Source: Nitrospirales bacterium (GTDB lineage: Bacteria; Nitrospirota; Nitrospiria; Nitrospirales; UBA8639). From it: a stretch of DNA of 64,000 nucleotides. The notes under the pieces are model-generated. The model was not told the DNA's origin, ran no database searches, and saw nothing but the letters and a program-made list of their open reading frames with translations. Positions 49,227-63,718 of the stretch are shown one piece after another; positions within the stretch are counted from its first letter, which is position 1, and each line of letters opens with the position of its first letter. The DNA lies in assembly GCA_965203295.1 (NCBI GenBank), contig CBDBCZ010000014.1, positions 544,001-608,000 of the forward strand, written 5' to 3'. A program made the position numbers and the translations under genes.

Positions 49227-52200
49227 CCATAAACTCTGGAGTACAAGTACAGGTACTTCTATTTGAAGATTGCGCATTTTCGTGGTACAGATTATGTGGG
49301 GTACTTATAATCATGGGGTACTTTTCAACGAGGTTAAATATATGGTAGTGCAACAGTATGCACATTACACCTTGTAGTTTTGGTTTTAACAGTCACTTTT
49401 GTGTTTTCTTGACTTCACTGTACCTCTGTGATTGTCATACCAATGGTCTTACATGTGAGCGGTCTTTCTTTGCACTGAAGTGTATACTTGCGAGGCAGTT
49501 CTATGCCCCCCCCCCCCCCACCAACAGCCCATATGCCTTCTGATGCAGACCTAGGTGGACCCAATACCGTCCTCACTATTCATGCTTAACTAGTTACACA
49601 TGCACGGTTTATGCATCCCAGTTTACTTAGTAGTCTGATGGGTACTTACATTCATTGGGTACTTTTATTTGCATGGGTACTACTATTCAAGAAGTGGATA
49701 GCAACTGGGTTCATGGGTACTTATATTCATAGGGTACTTGTATTTGATGGGTACTTATACTCCAGAGTTTATGGTAACTGCGTTTACACTCCTCGTAGAC
49801 GTGGTATATCCTATACTTATAAGGCTAAACAAACTTTCATCACAGCCTCTAGCTACCAGGGGGAATAGAGAAGAACCAAATTCCCAATTTTATTTCCACC
49901 TCTAATTAATTGTACACATTACTTTTCTTGTCTTTGCCTTTAGTGATTGCTGTGGAGCAGCCACAGCCCACTTTGAGATAGCACTTCAATAGTCGTGACA
50001 AATGGTTTTATTCCAAATTTAATGTGTTGGTTTTAATACATCATGTTGGCCATAGGTTTTGTAACCTGGTAACACAAAGACAAGTTAGGTATTCCTAGCT
50101 AATTGAAAATCTGTCTCTTTACTGCAAAAATACCGACAGCACAGCCTCTAACTACCGGAGAGAATGGAGAGGAATCAGCTTCCAATTTAATATCCCACTC
50201 TAATTAATGGCACACATTACTTTTTTGTGTTTGCACAATGTAACTGTAGAGATTGCACTCATGTTAACACAATGATTCTTTAGGGAAAGTAGACTGGACA
50301 AACTGTAAGAACAAGCAAGTTATACAGTAAACAATCGCAGTAAGCTGTTTCAGAAGGAACCGCATAAGGTACAATACCCTGACAGCCCGCTTTGAAATCA
50401 CACAAAGTCAGGCAAGGTATTCCTAGCTAATTGGGAATCTGTTTCTTTATTGCAAAGATACCAACAGCACAGCTTCTAGCTACCAGAGAGAATGGAGAGG
50501 AACCAGCTTCCCAATTTCATCCCCCACTCTAATAAATTGTACACATTACTTTTCTTGTGATTGCAAAATGTTACTTCAGGAATTGCAGGTACGAAACATA
50601 GGAAAAATTAGTCACACAGAACACAACTTCAATATAAAACCGTGGAATGAACCATCTAAAAAGCACTGTAGTAACCGTGCCTTATATTGACAAGAAAAAT
50701 TATAGACGACTGTCAACATTAACGAGAAGCATCTTGAGGAGGAGTAGATCGTTATAAGGCTAAACGAACTTTCATTACAGCCTCTAGCTACCTATATGTA
50801 GGAGAATGGAGAGGAACCAAATTCCCAATTTCATTTCCAACTCTAATTAATTGTACACATTACCTTTCTTGTGTTTGCCATTAGTGATTGCTAAAATGCA
50901 ACATAGGTGGGAGATAATTAGTCACACAGAACACAACTTCAATAAGCAAAGTGGAATGAGCCATTAATAATCAACAGTTGAAGAAACGTCTAATAAGGAA
51001 CCGTGTCTTGTACTGATAGCCAACTTTGAGATCAGTGTATTCCTAGCAGAGAGAATTGGAGCAGTTAGTGCTTCCCAAATAATTGCCTACTCTGGTAAGT
51101 GCATACTTTACTCTCCACATGTGAACACAATGATTCTTTAGGGAAAGAAGACAGGATAAATGTGAAAACAAACCAAATTATATGCAGTACAAAATCGTAA
51201 TACGCTGCTCTAGATGGAACCGTGTAAGGAACCAAGTCAGGAACACTACCCCTGACAGCCCACTTTGAGATAGCACTTCAATACCTGAAGAAGGGTGGAC
51301 ACCAAAAGCCACAACCTCTCTCTACCAGAGAGAATTGGAGCAGCTACTGCTTCCTAATTTCATCCCCGCCCTACATCTATTACTTTTCATATGTTCTCAC
51401 AATGATCTGCTAGAGATATTCGGTACAAACAATAGGTGGTAAACAACTAGTAAATTAATACAGTATACAACATCAGCAAGCAACTCTAGAAAGAACCGTG
51501 TAAGGATTCGTACCACTAAGAGCCCACTCCGTGAAATATTGTATTTGAAGAATTGAAGTAAGGATATTCCTTTGCACAACTAATAGGAAATCAGTCCTGG
51601 CATTTTGAAGATGCTAAGAGCCACACTCTCTAGCTACCAGGGAGAAAAAATAATTGACTGCTTCACAAACACATCCCAGCTCTAATTTAACGTTCATAGT
51701 TCTCCTTTAAAAGACAGCAGACAGAACAAAATGTGAAAATAGACAAACTATGCAGTACCTAATCGCGGCAAGCAGCTCTAGAAGGAATCATGTAAGCAAC
51801 CATGTACAGTAAAAAAATGCAGAAAAAAGTGGAATTTCCTGAAACGTGTTACAAGGAAATTTGACAGAAAATCTGGTATTTCAGGTACAATTTAAGGTAG
51901 TATAGGATAGGGCAGAATTTCATGATTTTAAAGGAAATTCTACCCTATCCTATACTGTCCTGTACCTAAACTGCCAGATTTCCTGTCAAATTTCCCTGTA
52001 ACGCATTCCACTTTATTTCTGCATGCGCGCGGCACCCCTGACAGCCCACGTTGAGATCACACAAAGTCAGGCAAGGTACGCATTCCTAGCTAATTGGGAA
52101 TCTGTCTCTGTATTCCAGAGATACCAAAAGCCACAGCCTCTAGCTACCAGAGAGAGAGGAAAAGTAACAGCTTCCCCACTCTAAGTAAGCATATACGTAC

Positions 52201-55199
52201 ACACTCCTTATCTCATGCAGTTAATTCAGAGAGTGAGAAACAATTATGGTCTATGTAGTTATATCTCTAGAGATTACAACTTCAGTAAGCAACGCATGGT
52301 TAAACTCAAATCTTGTAAGAAAATGTCCTACATACTGACAGCCCCCTTTCACATCGCACTAGAAGAATAATTAAACTAAAGGTGGGAATCCGTCTCTGTA
52401 CTATATAAATACCAAGAGCCACATTTCTGGGATTATAGTTTACACCAGGATAAACAGTCTGAAAATAACCTTGGCTTAGAGGTTGAGTGCTTCTGTATAT
52501 ATGTCTGTTGAACAGGCAACCTTGGTACAATGTCACTGCTTCATAGAAATCCCTCTTAGGTTATAATAGCTACCCTCATTATTGGCCAGGAATATGTATA
52601 AGAGCAACCGAAAAGTGATTACTAAGAAATAGCGACATTGCACCTCAGGGTGCCTGCTTGCCGGACATACATCACCCTCTAAGCCTACAGTACAACATTG
52701 CTTACTAATGAAAGTCTATAACTATTGTAGCTCACCTATATTTTGTACCTGCATACAATCTCTGAATTAAGTTAAACATTATGCGAGTAAGAAAAGTATG
52801 CTATACTAGAGTGTGGAATGAAATTGGGAAGCTGTTACCTCTCCATTTTCTCTGGTAGCTAGAGGCTGTGGCTCTTCACTCTTAGAAATAAAGTGGTCAA
52901 AACACACTTATTTAGGTTGGCGGTAGGGTGTCACACAGCACACCAGGTCACCTGTTTTTAGGTTGTGTGTGAGTCTCAGAGTGGGTGAACATTCAATAAC
53001 TCCTGTTCTGTAAAATTTCATAACATCAATTGTGTTCTGTGTGACTAATATCCCCCCACCTATGTTTTGTGCCTGCAATCTCTGAAGTAACAATGTGCAA
53101 ACACAAGAAAAGTAATGTTTAATTCAAGTACGATATCTCCGGGTGGGCTGTCAGAAGTATGGTTTCTTACACGGTTCCTTCTACAATTGCTAACTGAAGT
53201 GATATGTTTTGCATACTGTCTGTACATGATGGTTGTGTTTACACAAGAAAAGTTATGTGTGTGCTTATCAATTAGAGTGGGGAATTATTTTGGAAGTAGT
53301 AACTGCTTCAAGTATCTCTTGTAGTTAGCGGTTGCGGCATTATTTGTTGATTCTCACATTTTGTTATGTCATTCTGCTGTCTGTAAGGAACTATTGCATG
53401 AACAAAAGTGAAGTAATGTGTTCTGTGTGCACATTATCAGCGTGAAGATTTAAATAGGAAGCTGTTACTATTCTTCAGGTACGATTAATTTAGAGGCTTC
53501 ACAGTAATCACTTTTCAAAGTTGTGTGTTTTATAAGACTGGCAAATAGGAACCCTTGGGATGTATAGAAATTTCTATACCCTCAAGAACCATACTCTTTC
53601 ATACCCTTGGAAAATTATGCTATTATGTTTTAAACCAGTCCTAATAGTCAGGAAACAGCTTTGATTTAGAGGTTGAGTACTTTTTAAGTACGGCGAACAG
53701 GCTTCCATACTTATGTGAAACAGAATGTACAATTACAGCAAATCCAGTGAACAGGATCCTTGACTGTTTCACAGTACTAAGGGAGCCAGTTCGTTGTATT
53801 TACAAAAGTACTCAACATCTAAGCCTGACTATTAGGATTTACGGTATTCCATTGTATAACTAATTGGGAATTGGTACTGAACACTTTACATTTTTGAGAG
53901 TAGCTACTTGAGAATAATTACTGTCATTTGTGTCACTCGTTGTTGTTAATTCACAGTAAACGTACACGCATGTCACATATCACTGCTAGGAAGCAAGCGC
54001 TCACTCAGGCTCGCCCTAAGATGCCCTGCATCTCCCTAGCACTGCGTCCAATTGCAGTAAGCAACGTCTGAAGAAACCATGTATAGAACCTTACCCCTGA
54101 CAGCCCACTTTGAGATCACACAAAGACAGGGAAGGTATAGTCCTGGCTAATTGGAAATCTGTCTCTGTGCTTCAAAAATACCAAAAGCTTCAACTTCTAA
54201 AACAAGTGACAATTAGATAAGTGATTGCTACTGCGTTAATATTTAACAAACAATGCAGTGTATGACAGTGGTAAGCAACCCTAGAAGGAACTGTGTAAGG
54301 AACCAAGACAAATCATGAAAGCAAGATGAGATTTTGGGCATTTCTTAGTCTTGAGAGGGGTATATTGATTACAGAGACAGTGAAAAACAGAATTCTATAT
54401 GAAGCACTGCTAAATGGTTGGTAGCTCGGCAGAGATTTAGAAATGAAGTGCAGGAGAGTAAAGCAGGAAAGGAAAAGAGCAAGCAGCTCAGATCGATCTA
54501 GAGTCAGTAGTGGTGCTGAGCATAGTTTGGAAGCTCCAGAAGAAAGAGGAGGCAAGATGATTGACGAGGAAGAAATGAGCAAAGAATGTTTCATACTCAC
54601 CCTCCATGCTTAGAAGTAGCTAAATCTTGTGTAACCATGCCAGATAGCGCTGAGCATGGCAGTGTGCATTGACCTGCTACCGAAAGGTTGATTGGCTTTA
54701 TATATAAAGTCGTAGGCATTGAGTGCCAGGGTGCACTCCTCCCCGAGTGAGTCAGGCACATGTCCAATCATTTTGTAATGATCCTCAGCCTCTGTATTTT
54801 ACTAACACTAGTGTCTTTGGCTGTCCCTCACACTTGGCTCTTGGTATATATGCCATTGTGGAGTAATTTATTGAGTCATACTAGTTTCAGTTGGAGAATC
54901 AGTAATGGTTTATGGTGCTGATGATGTTGCTGCTAATAATTTACCTTACGGTCACCTTAAATGAAGCTACTGTATTCCCTGCTAAGCTTTACACTCACCA
55001 ACATGCACTCACTCAGAAAGCCACACTTCTTGAGGATCTTCGCAGTTGCTCTGCAGCGACGCAAGACCGTACACTAGCGTGAGACTATATTAAAGCTTAC
55101 TACAGTACTAACGATTAGCATGCACGTGAGAAGTCAGCTCCTCCCTCCCGTTACTGCTAGAACCGCAGCCCGCAGTCTGTACACAAATATTAATATGTA

Positions 55200-55564
55200 C
55201 TAGTGATACACAATGTGCAGGGATGTCCTCGCTTCGCGAGAATTGCTGGGTGTGGCACATATATTTTGTGGCACGCCTACCAAGCAGAAAAAGGTCAAAC
55301 GTAGCAGGGCACGCCTACAACCCCAAATAAAAAATGGCTACGTGTAATAATGCGCCTGGAAGACCACAGGCTGAAGCAGGCCCGCTGTAATAGTGAGCGC
55401 TTCCAAGTCTCTCGTACAGAGTTCTGTAACGAAGGTAAGTGTTTGCTGCGAGTTTGGTAGGCTATATATCTGGAGAAGTGGCTGGGAGGGACGTGGACCA
55501 TGACGACGACGACGACGACGAAAAAGGTCAATGGAACCGGAGTATAGCCTCGCTTCGCTCGGAA
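55200..55564 (-). mobile_element. 365-bp Helitron-like insertion present only in the right arm
   Basis: Minus strand A|TTCCGAGCGAAGCGAGG...CTCGCGAAGCGAG...CACTAG|T; the empty site GTGTTA|TACAT is at ~43290-43300; no TSD. Confidence 0.85.
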
Positions 55565-56153
55565 TAACACATCAACTTTATAGACATAAGATGATTACAA
55601 GTGGCATTGATATGCACCACTGGCTTCAAGGCAGTTCATGGATTTCAATTTCTTGAGTGTTTCCTGCAAATGAAAAAACAGACACTTGTGGTAGAACCGA
55701 GGTGGGATAGGACTACGACCTCCGAGGATCACTCCCATAGACTCTATAGTCGCAACTGCAGTCATCTCGATCTGTACCTGTTAATGTATCTACTTAGAAG
55801 TTAGAATTGTCCACAGTAGCAAAACATCATACTGTTTCCCATGGTTCTAAACAACAGTGGGCCAAGGAGTGAAAAAATGCTATATACCTTAAATTAATTA
55901 CCAGGTCCACACCATTGGACATTAACAAGAAAGTCTTTATCTTCATGTACCCAAATAAGCAGAGGGCTTGGAATAAGCTTACAAAAGTGCCAGTTGACAA
56001 TCAATAGCACAACAGGAGAGGCCTTGTGCAAATGGACAAATCAGTGCAATCACTAGCTGGTCAAGATCATGACTGCAATGGTAACTATATACACACTTAC
56101 AGAGACTATGGGAGTGGCCCTCATTCAGTCCATTAAATACCCACACATTAAAC

Positions 56154-59114
56154 CTACAAGGCCTCTGCCCAACTTTTGCTGCGAGAGAGCCTGGGGACAA
56201 AGCTACATAAACCAATGGCAGTAGAAACTACATCTACATACCAGTGTGAACAGGCGAAGTGTATTAGCAGCAGCACCAAGCCTGCAATTATTGACGGAGT
56301 TGCTGTCACAATGTACGCAATGCCCAAGAACAGGTTCCGTCCACCTAGCCAGGAGATCTCAGCAAGGAAGAGAGATTTGGTCCCTTTATATTCACGAACA
56401 GGGTAGTCTGCTGTAGGTTAAGGAAACTGGCTGATAACTTTAACTTACACTGTGCAAACAACTTTCAGAGATATACACATACCTGCATATGCACCTTAAG
56501 AATCTCAGTTTGAACTGGCTAAGTGATTTATACTAGCTAGATGCATGCTACATAGCTACCACACAGAGAGGAGCCAACATATACATCACCAGCAAATGGC
56601 TATCAAGCAAGGAGTCACTTAAATATCTTGTCCACTTCATTATGTACAAGAACTTTAGTAAGCTGTTTTAGCGATGACATCATGCTTCAAGTTAGACTAA
56701 TATGTGGCAGTCCCATGAACATTATTCTACCAAGATTGTCACTGCATTCAATGTCTTATATTGTTTATTTTCTGTTAATGGGTGGGGCTCAGATGCACAG
56801 TGTACATGGAACAACTACTGATGCAACGACACATAACATTTGAGCCCTACCCATAACAGTCACCGTGTTCTGCACTAATGTAGTGACATGATCAAATATG
56901 CAACTGAATACGTTCACTTTCCAACTAGGACCACAGTCATACACGCTAGCCTCCTCCCCATGCCTCAACCCAGTTTTAGTCACTTGCAGTATGAAATGTG
57001 GGGAGCTTAGGAACGAGGCCACGTACAATGTATACGACTATTGCATTAATATGAAGGATACTGTAAGTGAGAAAGATGGAGTCGTTTCCTGCAGGGAGAT
57101 TAATATCACTGGAACCACTCTCTTGCAGTCGGCCATACAGTTTGCGGAATTTTGGAAATGCTGACACACGAAACCAAACAATAAAGCTCTCGCTCTCCAG
57201 TCCCCCAGGAATTTCTGAAAGATCATACGGCCAGTTGGGGGGCATGGTGGTGTCAACAAGATCCTCAGGGCTGACCTCAGGGGCGCCGTTTGGGTTTTGG
57301 AAGCGAACACTACGGTCAGTATCCCAGGCAAAGTTGGTTCTATTACAGCAGGTCATGTTCTCACCCGTATCACGATTCATGAACATATCAAATGAGTCTA
57401 GAAGGAGAGACAAACACAATAATAATTTACACAGCCCACATACTTAAACTCAGACGTCTACATGAACAAGGACAAACTACACACAGGTGTGTTCAGGAAT
57501 TTTACTATGCACGCACGATCCACTCTAATCACTACATTGGAGTGCACAAAACATTGTGACTGTTCGCATTTTGCCAGATCTAGAAAAGCATTGTATTAAC
57601 ATTTTAAAAGTGAGATGGGCCATCACTGAAGATGCAGTATGGTGAAGCAAAAGTCATATACGTACATGTAGATATCTAGTAATCCATCAAAACCAAAATC
57701 TGCATTTGGCGTTAGAAATTTCTTTGGAAGGTTCGCTCCCACAATATTTGCTAGTAGACTCAGAGAGTCCATGCATTGTTTCTAGTGGAAATTCCACTCC
57801 ACTCACAACAAACAATCTACTAATTAATCCTGACCCTAAGTAAGCAAACTTGTTAAAGTATGCTCACCATTGAACAAGCTGTTTGCAATGAGTCCACAAG
57901 GTACAACAGGCATACGTGTGCCATTAGTGTTCTCAACATTCCGTATGGGGTTACAGTCACCGGAGGGGTTCAAGAAGCTCCCTCGATTTCCTCGCAGCTG
58001 TTTCACATCCCAGGAGTTGACGTAGCGACGGTGGTTCTGGAAGTAGTTGCCAAGACCATAGTACATGTACCATGGAGAGCGCAGCTCCTCCGGGACAGTG
58101 AAATTCACCCGGCAGTGGCAGTCTTCAAAATCACGCCTCTCAATGTTACTTAGAGCACTTATATTGGCCAGGTACTCGGAACACGTCTGGAAGTTACGTA
58201 TGAAAGGGACATCACTGGGAACTGGTTCACAATTTAGTATAGGGAATTTCCACCTCACATATCTGAGTATAGATGGGATAAAAAAAAAACAGTATACAAA
58301 AGCAATATGCAACAACAGCAGTGGAATACTAATATTATCAGTAGAAATTGGCTTGAGTCTTACTATAAAGTAACGCCACATACACATGTACATGTACATG
58401 CCAACAGGGTGATATATGTATGGCCAAGTGTACTGTTAGCTTAAAGCTACAGTGCTCAACGGGTATTCCCTATAGAGGACACCTTGTTTCCATGTGTGAT
58501 CTTAATTGAATCTCTATTATATAAAATTTTTATAGCTCTCCAAAATATGTACACATCGCCACTCCATATTTTCTGGCCTCAACAGTACCTACTACAGACT
58601 GTACAAACTTCACCGATAGTGCAGACTGTAAATCACCTACTATAGAGTAGGCGATTTGACGCTTCATCAACACTAATATTGATAGTGCTAGTCTCAGGGA
58701 TGGTACAGAGAACGAGGCTAAACTACCAGAGTTGGTTAGGCCAGTGCCCAAGATACAAGCCGGTTAGACCATGTCTACTGGCGGGCTGTAAAGTAAATAC
58801 ACACACAATCCCTCGGGTTTCACCCTTGGAATTACGTGATAATGCTTAGGATAAACCATGGTCTAAGTAACATGTAGCTCGTGGTTAATGGTTAAGACTT
58901 GACTGGTATAATTCAGAGGGCTCTTACTTGAATCTACATGTACATGCAAATAAACATCACTGTTATGTTAGGTCACTTACCCTCATTGCAACAACGAGAA
59001 AGGTAACTCCGAGAGCAAGGAAGATCACCCCAACAATGAAGAAGACAAAAGACACATGACGGGCTGTGAAGAGAGGACGGCACGCTGGAATCTGCTGCTG
59101 CACCCACTTGTTCT
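56154..59114 (-). pseudogene. TMEM30A: CDC50/TMEM30 right copy, frameshifted
   Basis: Mirror exons 58981-59114, 57868-58262, 57062-57397, 56242-56407, 56154-56190; extra A in TATACTAAATTGTGA (~58232) gives an early TGA. Confidence 0.8.
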
Positions 59115-60378
59115 CTGAAGGAAAGAAAGGTATGACAGAACGGGTCAAGAACTACAAAGAACTTCTGTCATTTAGCAGACTAAAGTAACAACTTGAGACA
59201 GTAACTACAGTTGGGGCCTACTAGTAAGTGCTACCATAACAGGGGCCTGAGAGCTAGACATGCACAAGTGGAAGATGCTTTGCTTAGCACAGATACAGGT
59301 GTACAGCTCAACAAGTTGCAAGGACATGCTACTTAGTGTGCAGGGTTTCATACAGGATTCTTTGCTGGAGGGGGGAGACAAATAGTGAACAGACACACGC
59401 GAAATACGCAGCATGTACAGTACATGTATGGTCTTCTATGGGAAGGGGGGGGGGGGGTCTAAAAATGTTTGAAAAAATAGATGCCTAGAAGCGTATTGGA
59501 CTTTGGCTGCTAGTCCACTACCAAACACTTGTGTTCAAATCAATGGAATTTTTTACTAAATTCTTGGGGGTGGAGATCCTAGTGTACTGCCCTCTATACA
59601 AAACCCGAGTGTAATTTGTAAGTGATAACTGCTTATGAGCTGCCCAGTTGTGAGTACAACAGCAAATAATATTGTGGTGTCTGAGAACACTTGTGTTCAA
59701 ATCAATGGAATTATGACATTAAGAAGAGAGAGCTATATTGGAGCAGAAAGTTGAAGTATTGAAATCCACCAATGGTTAGCATAGTTTGAGGTGTGCTCAG
59801 AGAGCAGAAATTAGGCAGAAAAGACTAAGGAAACTGAAGAACATCTGAGGCAATTAGTAATTGATGAAGATCCCTTCAAAGAATGATGAGAAGGTTTGAA
59901 ACAATCACAGCGGGTTCACTCTGTTCACCTTCTTTCAGCCCTATTTAAACTAGGGCAGTCACACTTTGCTTTCTCTACTCCAGCAGCTCACGCTGACACT
60001 AATGTGGCTTTGCATGGCTATCACTGTCTGGATAGAACATGGGCTATGTACGTATCAATATAGTATAGGCTCTTAGTAGTAGGCCAAGTGTTGTATTTCA
60101 ACAGTGCAGATTGCATGAGTTTATAAGCCTATACATGATATATACATACATACATGTAGTTGTCAATACACAATTTCTATACATGTAATAGGCTAATCAT
60201 TTTAGGATACAATAATATATATATATATAGCATTGCAAGTAATATGCTGCAGTTTGCCTTCTGCATGATATGTACAGACATACATGTTACAGTTGGAATT
60301 GGCTGGGTCCTACTGGCAAGTGCTACTAGCGGGTTTAGTGGCTATATAAAGCTTGCCTACTGCTCCTCTGCCAAGGGG

Positions 60379-60452
60379 GCTCCAGTAGCTCAATTGGTAA
60401 GAGCATCTGACTAGTATTCAGAAGGTCCTGGGTTCAATCCCCAGCTGGGTCC
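60379..60452 (+). tRNA. tRNA-Thr(AGT)-like gene or pseudogene (mirror copy)
   Basis: Same cloverleaf as 38410-38483; TATATAAA about 30 bp upstream, TTTTT at 60456-60460. Confidence 0.6.
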
Positions 60453-61191
60453 CGATTTTTATGTGTAATAAGCTAATCAATTTAGGATACAGTAATATAA
60501 TTATAGCAAGTAGTATGCTGCAGTTTGCCTTCTGCAGCATTAATTGCATCGCACACTATGTGCTATCTCATACTGTGCTGTGCTATAATTAAAGTATTCC
60601 CAAGTATTACACAGAGGGACTAATCATGGACACATCTTGACTCAGCCGCTGACTCATTACTGTACACGCTAGGATGTCCTGATCATTAAAGCCATCCATA
60701 GAACTAACAGTTGCTGGCCAAATCATCACTAGATCCAATCCATCCTAATAACATTGAATCATCATTGGTCAAAACAGAGAAGCAGCCCAGAAGACTCCTA
60801 CCTGTGTACGTACCTCCAAGTGAACCTGGCCAAATACAACATGTACTAGCATATCTTTGCATGGTGGAAAACCTGACTCCTTGATTACTACACAAGAACG
60901 TGTCCTACTTTCCAAAAGAGAAAAGGTGCTGGATCCCATAACACCTTCAACGGAAAGTGAAATAGAATTCAAAAGGAAAGTTAAGCATTCATTGAATGCA
61001 GATATGCCTTTACAGACAAGGAAGAGGAACTGCTGTGGAGTTCCACAATTTATCGCATGGGCTATAACTGGTACTATTACAATAAGTTGGGTGAAATGCA
61101 CTGTGCAAATACCATAGATTAATCATAACATTATAGGCAAACATGTTATCTGCATGACATGCAGTGCACAAAATCAACTCAGTATACACAC

Positions 61192-63718
61192 CTTAAACCG
61201 ATGGCTTGACTGTGACTGAGCTGGAGGGTTCTTCCTATAGGAAAACAGTAATTGTTCTGCAGGATTCACAATCTTTCTCTAAGTAATACAAAATGGACAA
61301 GCTAGCTTGCTGTATGTGCCTGTATTTAGCCAACAAGTGGAATACATGTACTGGTAGGCTGGCGAGTTACGATAATCCTGTTTCGCAACTTACAGCTGCT
61401 AACAAGTCGGATAATTGTAGCTTCGTGATTCTAGTCTCCACTGCTAGCTTCAATTTCTTCGCACCAACACATACTTGACAAAAGTGGAGACTGGAAATGA
61501 GGTTACTTTCGCTATATTTTTTTAGCTCTTGGCCTGACCTGTTACTTAGCAGAGACTTGGGAGTTTAGCAGATCTTACTTTTAACAGTTGTGGTACAGCA
61601 ATATGCAAGTGTGGATGTTATGTATACACACCCATTTTACCTTAGACATGCATATACGTATGTATGTGCATACCTTTTGCAACTTTTAGCACTTCTTTTG
61701 CGTGGAGAATATCTCACTCCAAGAGGAGTCACTGTGTGGCTTCTGTGCTTCTTTAGTCCAGGAGCTGATCTGCTACCCTGCACTACTTGCAAAATGCGCT
61801 CGGCTTCAACTTCAAGACACACATAGCTCTGCGAGAAAAAGAAATAGTCCAGGCACTTACTAGATAATTGTTCTATACTTGCAGTGGAGTACTATAATGT
61901 ATTATGTATGTAAATCCAATCAATAGTTACTGTAGATGAGCTTTTAAATTAAACATAATGTGAACATAAATGTGTAGCAGGGGTGTAAGAATGGCCTTTG
62001 ATAGAGCTAGCCAGATCACCTAAAGCTATTCGTTTCACTTGCACAAAATATTGCAGAGGAGAAAGGTCAATCGGACCGAAGATATCCCAAGAGTAGATGC
62101 TGTAGTTATGTTCCTAATTGAACATGAAGGATGGTAAGCTGGTTCGGCTGCCGCAGTCAGTGAAAGATTTGATGAAGCGTTAAGTTAAATTATCAAAGCG
62201 TTAAGTTAAATTGTCAAGCTGAACTTGACAATTGAATTGTTACTATGTATTGTTTTATCAATTTTGTTTCATTGTATTGTTGCAATACATTCTGCACTTA
62301 TTGCACTATAACATTAACATAAACTATTTAAAGAAAATTTAAAAATCGTTTTCCAAACATGCTAATTGGAATTTCCTCACAGGAATTGGAAGTGGTGCAA
62401 TGTGATTTACGCTTCATTTGCTGTAGGTTGTTGGTCTTCTCAGCACTTGTTTCAATTCTTTCATGAAGACAACATCCATGCTATTGCAAGAGGTACCATT
62501 TAACACAAGTGTATGGCACTACAATGAGCATGCCACTAGAACGATATGTTGTATATGTACTGCAAACCTCATCTTTATCTCTCACACTTGCAACATTAAC
62601 AGACAGTTGCTCACAGATGGAGTCTACCACATCATCATCTGAGCAGAAATAAAGGCAGACTAAAAGCTGCTTTGAAAATACATTGATACTAAACACAGCA
62701 GTAAAATCCCCAGAAAGTAGTTAAAGCTGCAGTTTCAGACACCGAGATAGTGTAATGGCCTGCATGGTTCTAGTTTAAAACTGTGGCCTTGCACGCTCAG
62801 GTGCAATATCATAGTAGAATATGGGAAAGCTGCTGCTCCTTTGTGAAAGAGACAAGAACATCAGTATAAACTTTGTACAATGTACAATTCATTTTGGGAA
62901 CCGGTACAATACGAACATTATGTATGGCTTATTACATTCATCACTGTGGAAAACAGCTAAGTTATCAAAATGTTTGCATTTCTGTAAATAATTCACGATA
63001 TTCAGCTACGTAAGCCTTGCTCTTAGTCTCAACTTACTTTGCATATACGTAGTACAACACACTACATACTACGTATGTGCAAAAAGCTGGGGAGTGGAGA
63101 CGAGAATGAGGCTATAGCTAGCTACATATAGCACACACACACACACCTCTACATACCAATCAAGGGGGGTGCTCTCAGGTCAAGCACTATGAGACATGTG
63201 TTCACTTTCAGTACTTCCAGAAGACTGACTGCCCCATCAGTAGTGACACCACAGGACTGGATCTATGGCTGGGAGTTACAGAAGTAATTGTACCATCATT
63301 ACAGGCATAACTGTATTGAATTTACAATCCTGTACGTAAATTACACAAGTGACTGTATAAGATATGATTGGATCTACAATGTATGAATGTGCACACTGTA
63401 CGTAAATGTTTTTTTCCACCTCACTGCTTCCCAAAGAGCTTGACTTCTTTATTTGGACTGCCACATTAAATAGATGATAATTATTCTACGACTACCCACA
63501 TCCAGATGAAACCATAGAGAAGGTTGGAAGAAGCTAACCTACATGTACGTACATACCTCTGAGGCACACATCATCTCTGAGTGCTTCCGCAAACTCCTGT
63601 GCACCTTTATCACCAATGTCAACGTTGAGATTTAGTGTAGCTCTGTGCAGACCTGGTATCTTTTCCAGTTTGAGCTTTTATGATCGGAGGCTTCACTTTG
63701 TCTGTGCAGGCAATGTTG
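61192..63718 (-). pseudogene. CEP78: CEP78-like pseudogene, mirror copy (first exon outside the window)
   Basis: Reverse complement of 35145-37673; shares the stops but lacks the 2-bp insertion at ~35230. Confidence 0.85.

Noticed and set aside
28407..51579. Identical short ORFs repeated at several loci (MFSLITIY..., MCKGISLL...)
   Set aside because: Chance ORFs in duplicated satellite DNA; no recognisable domain.
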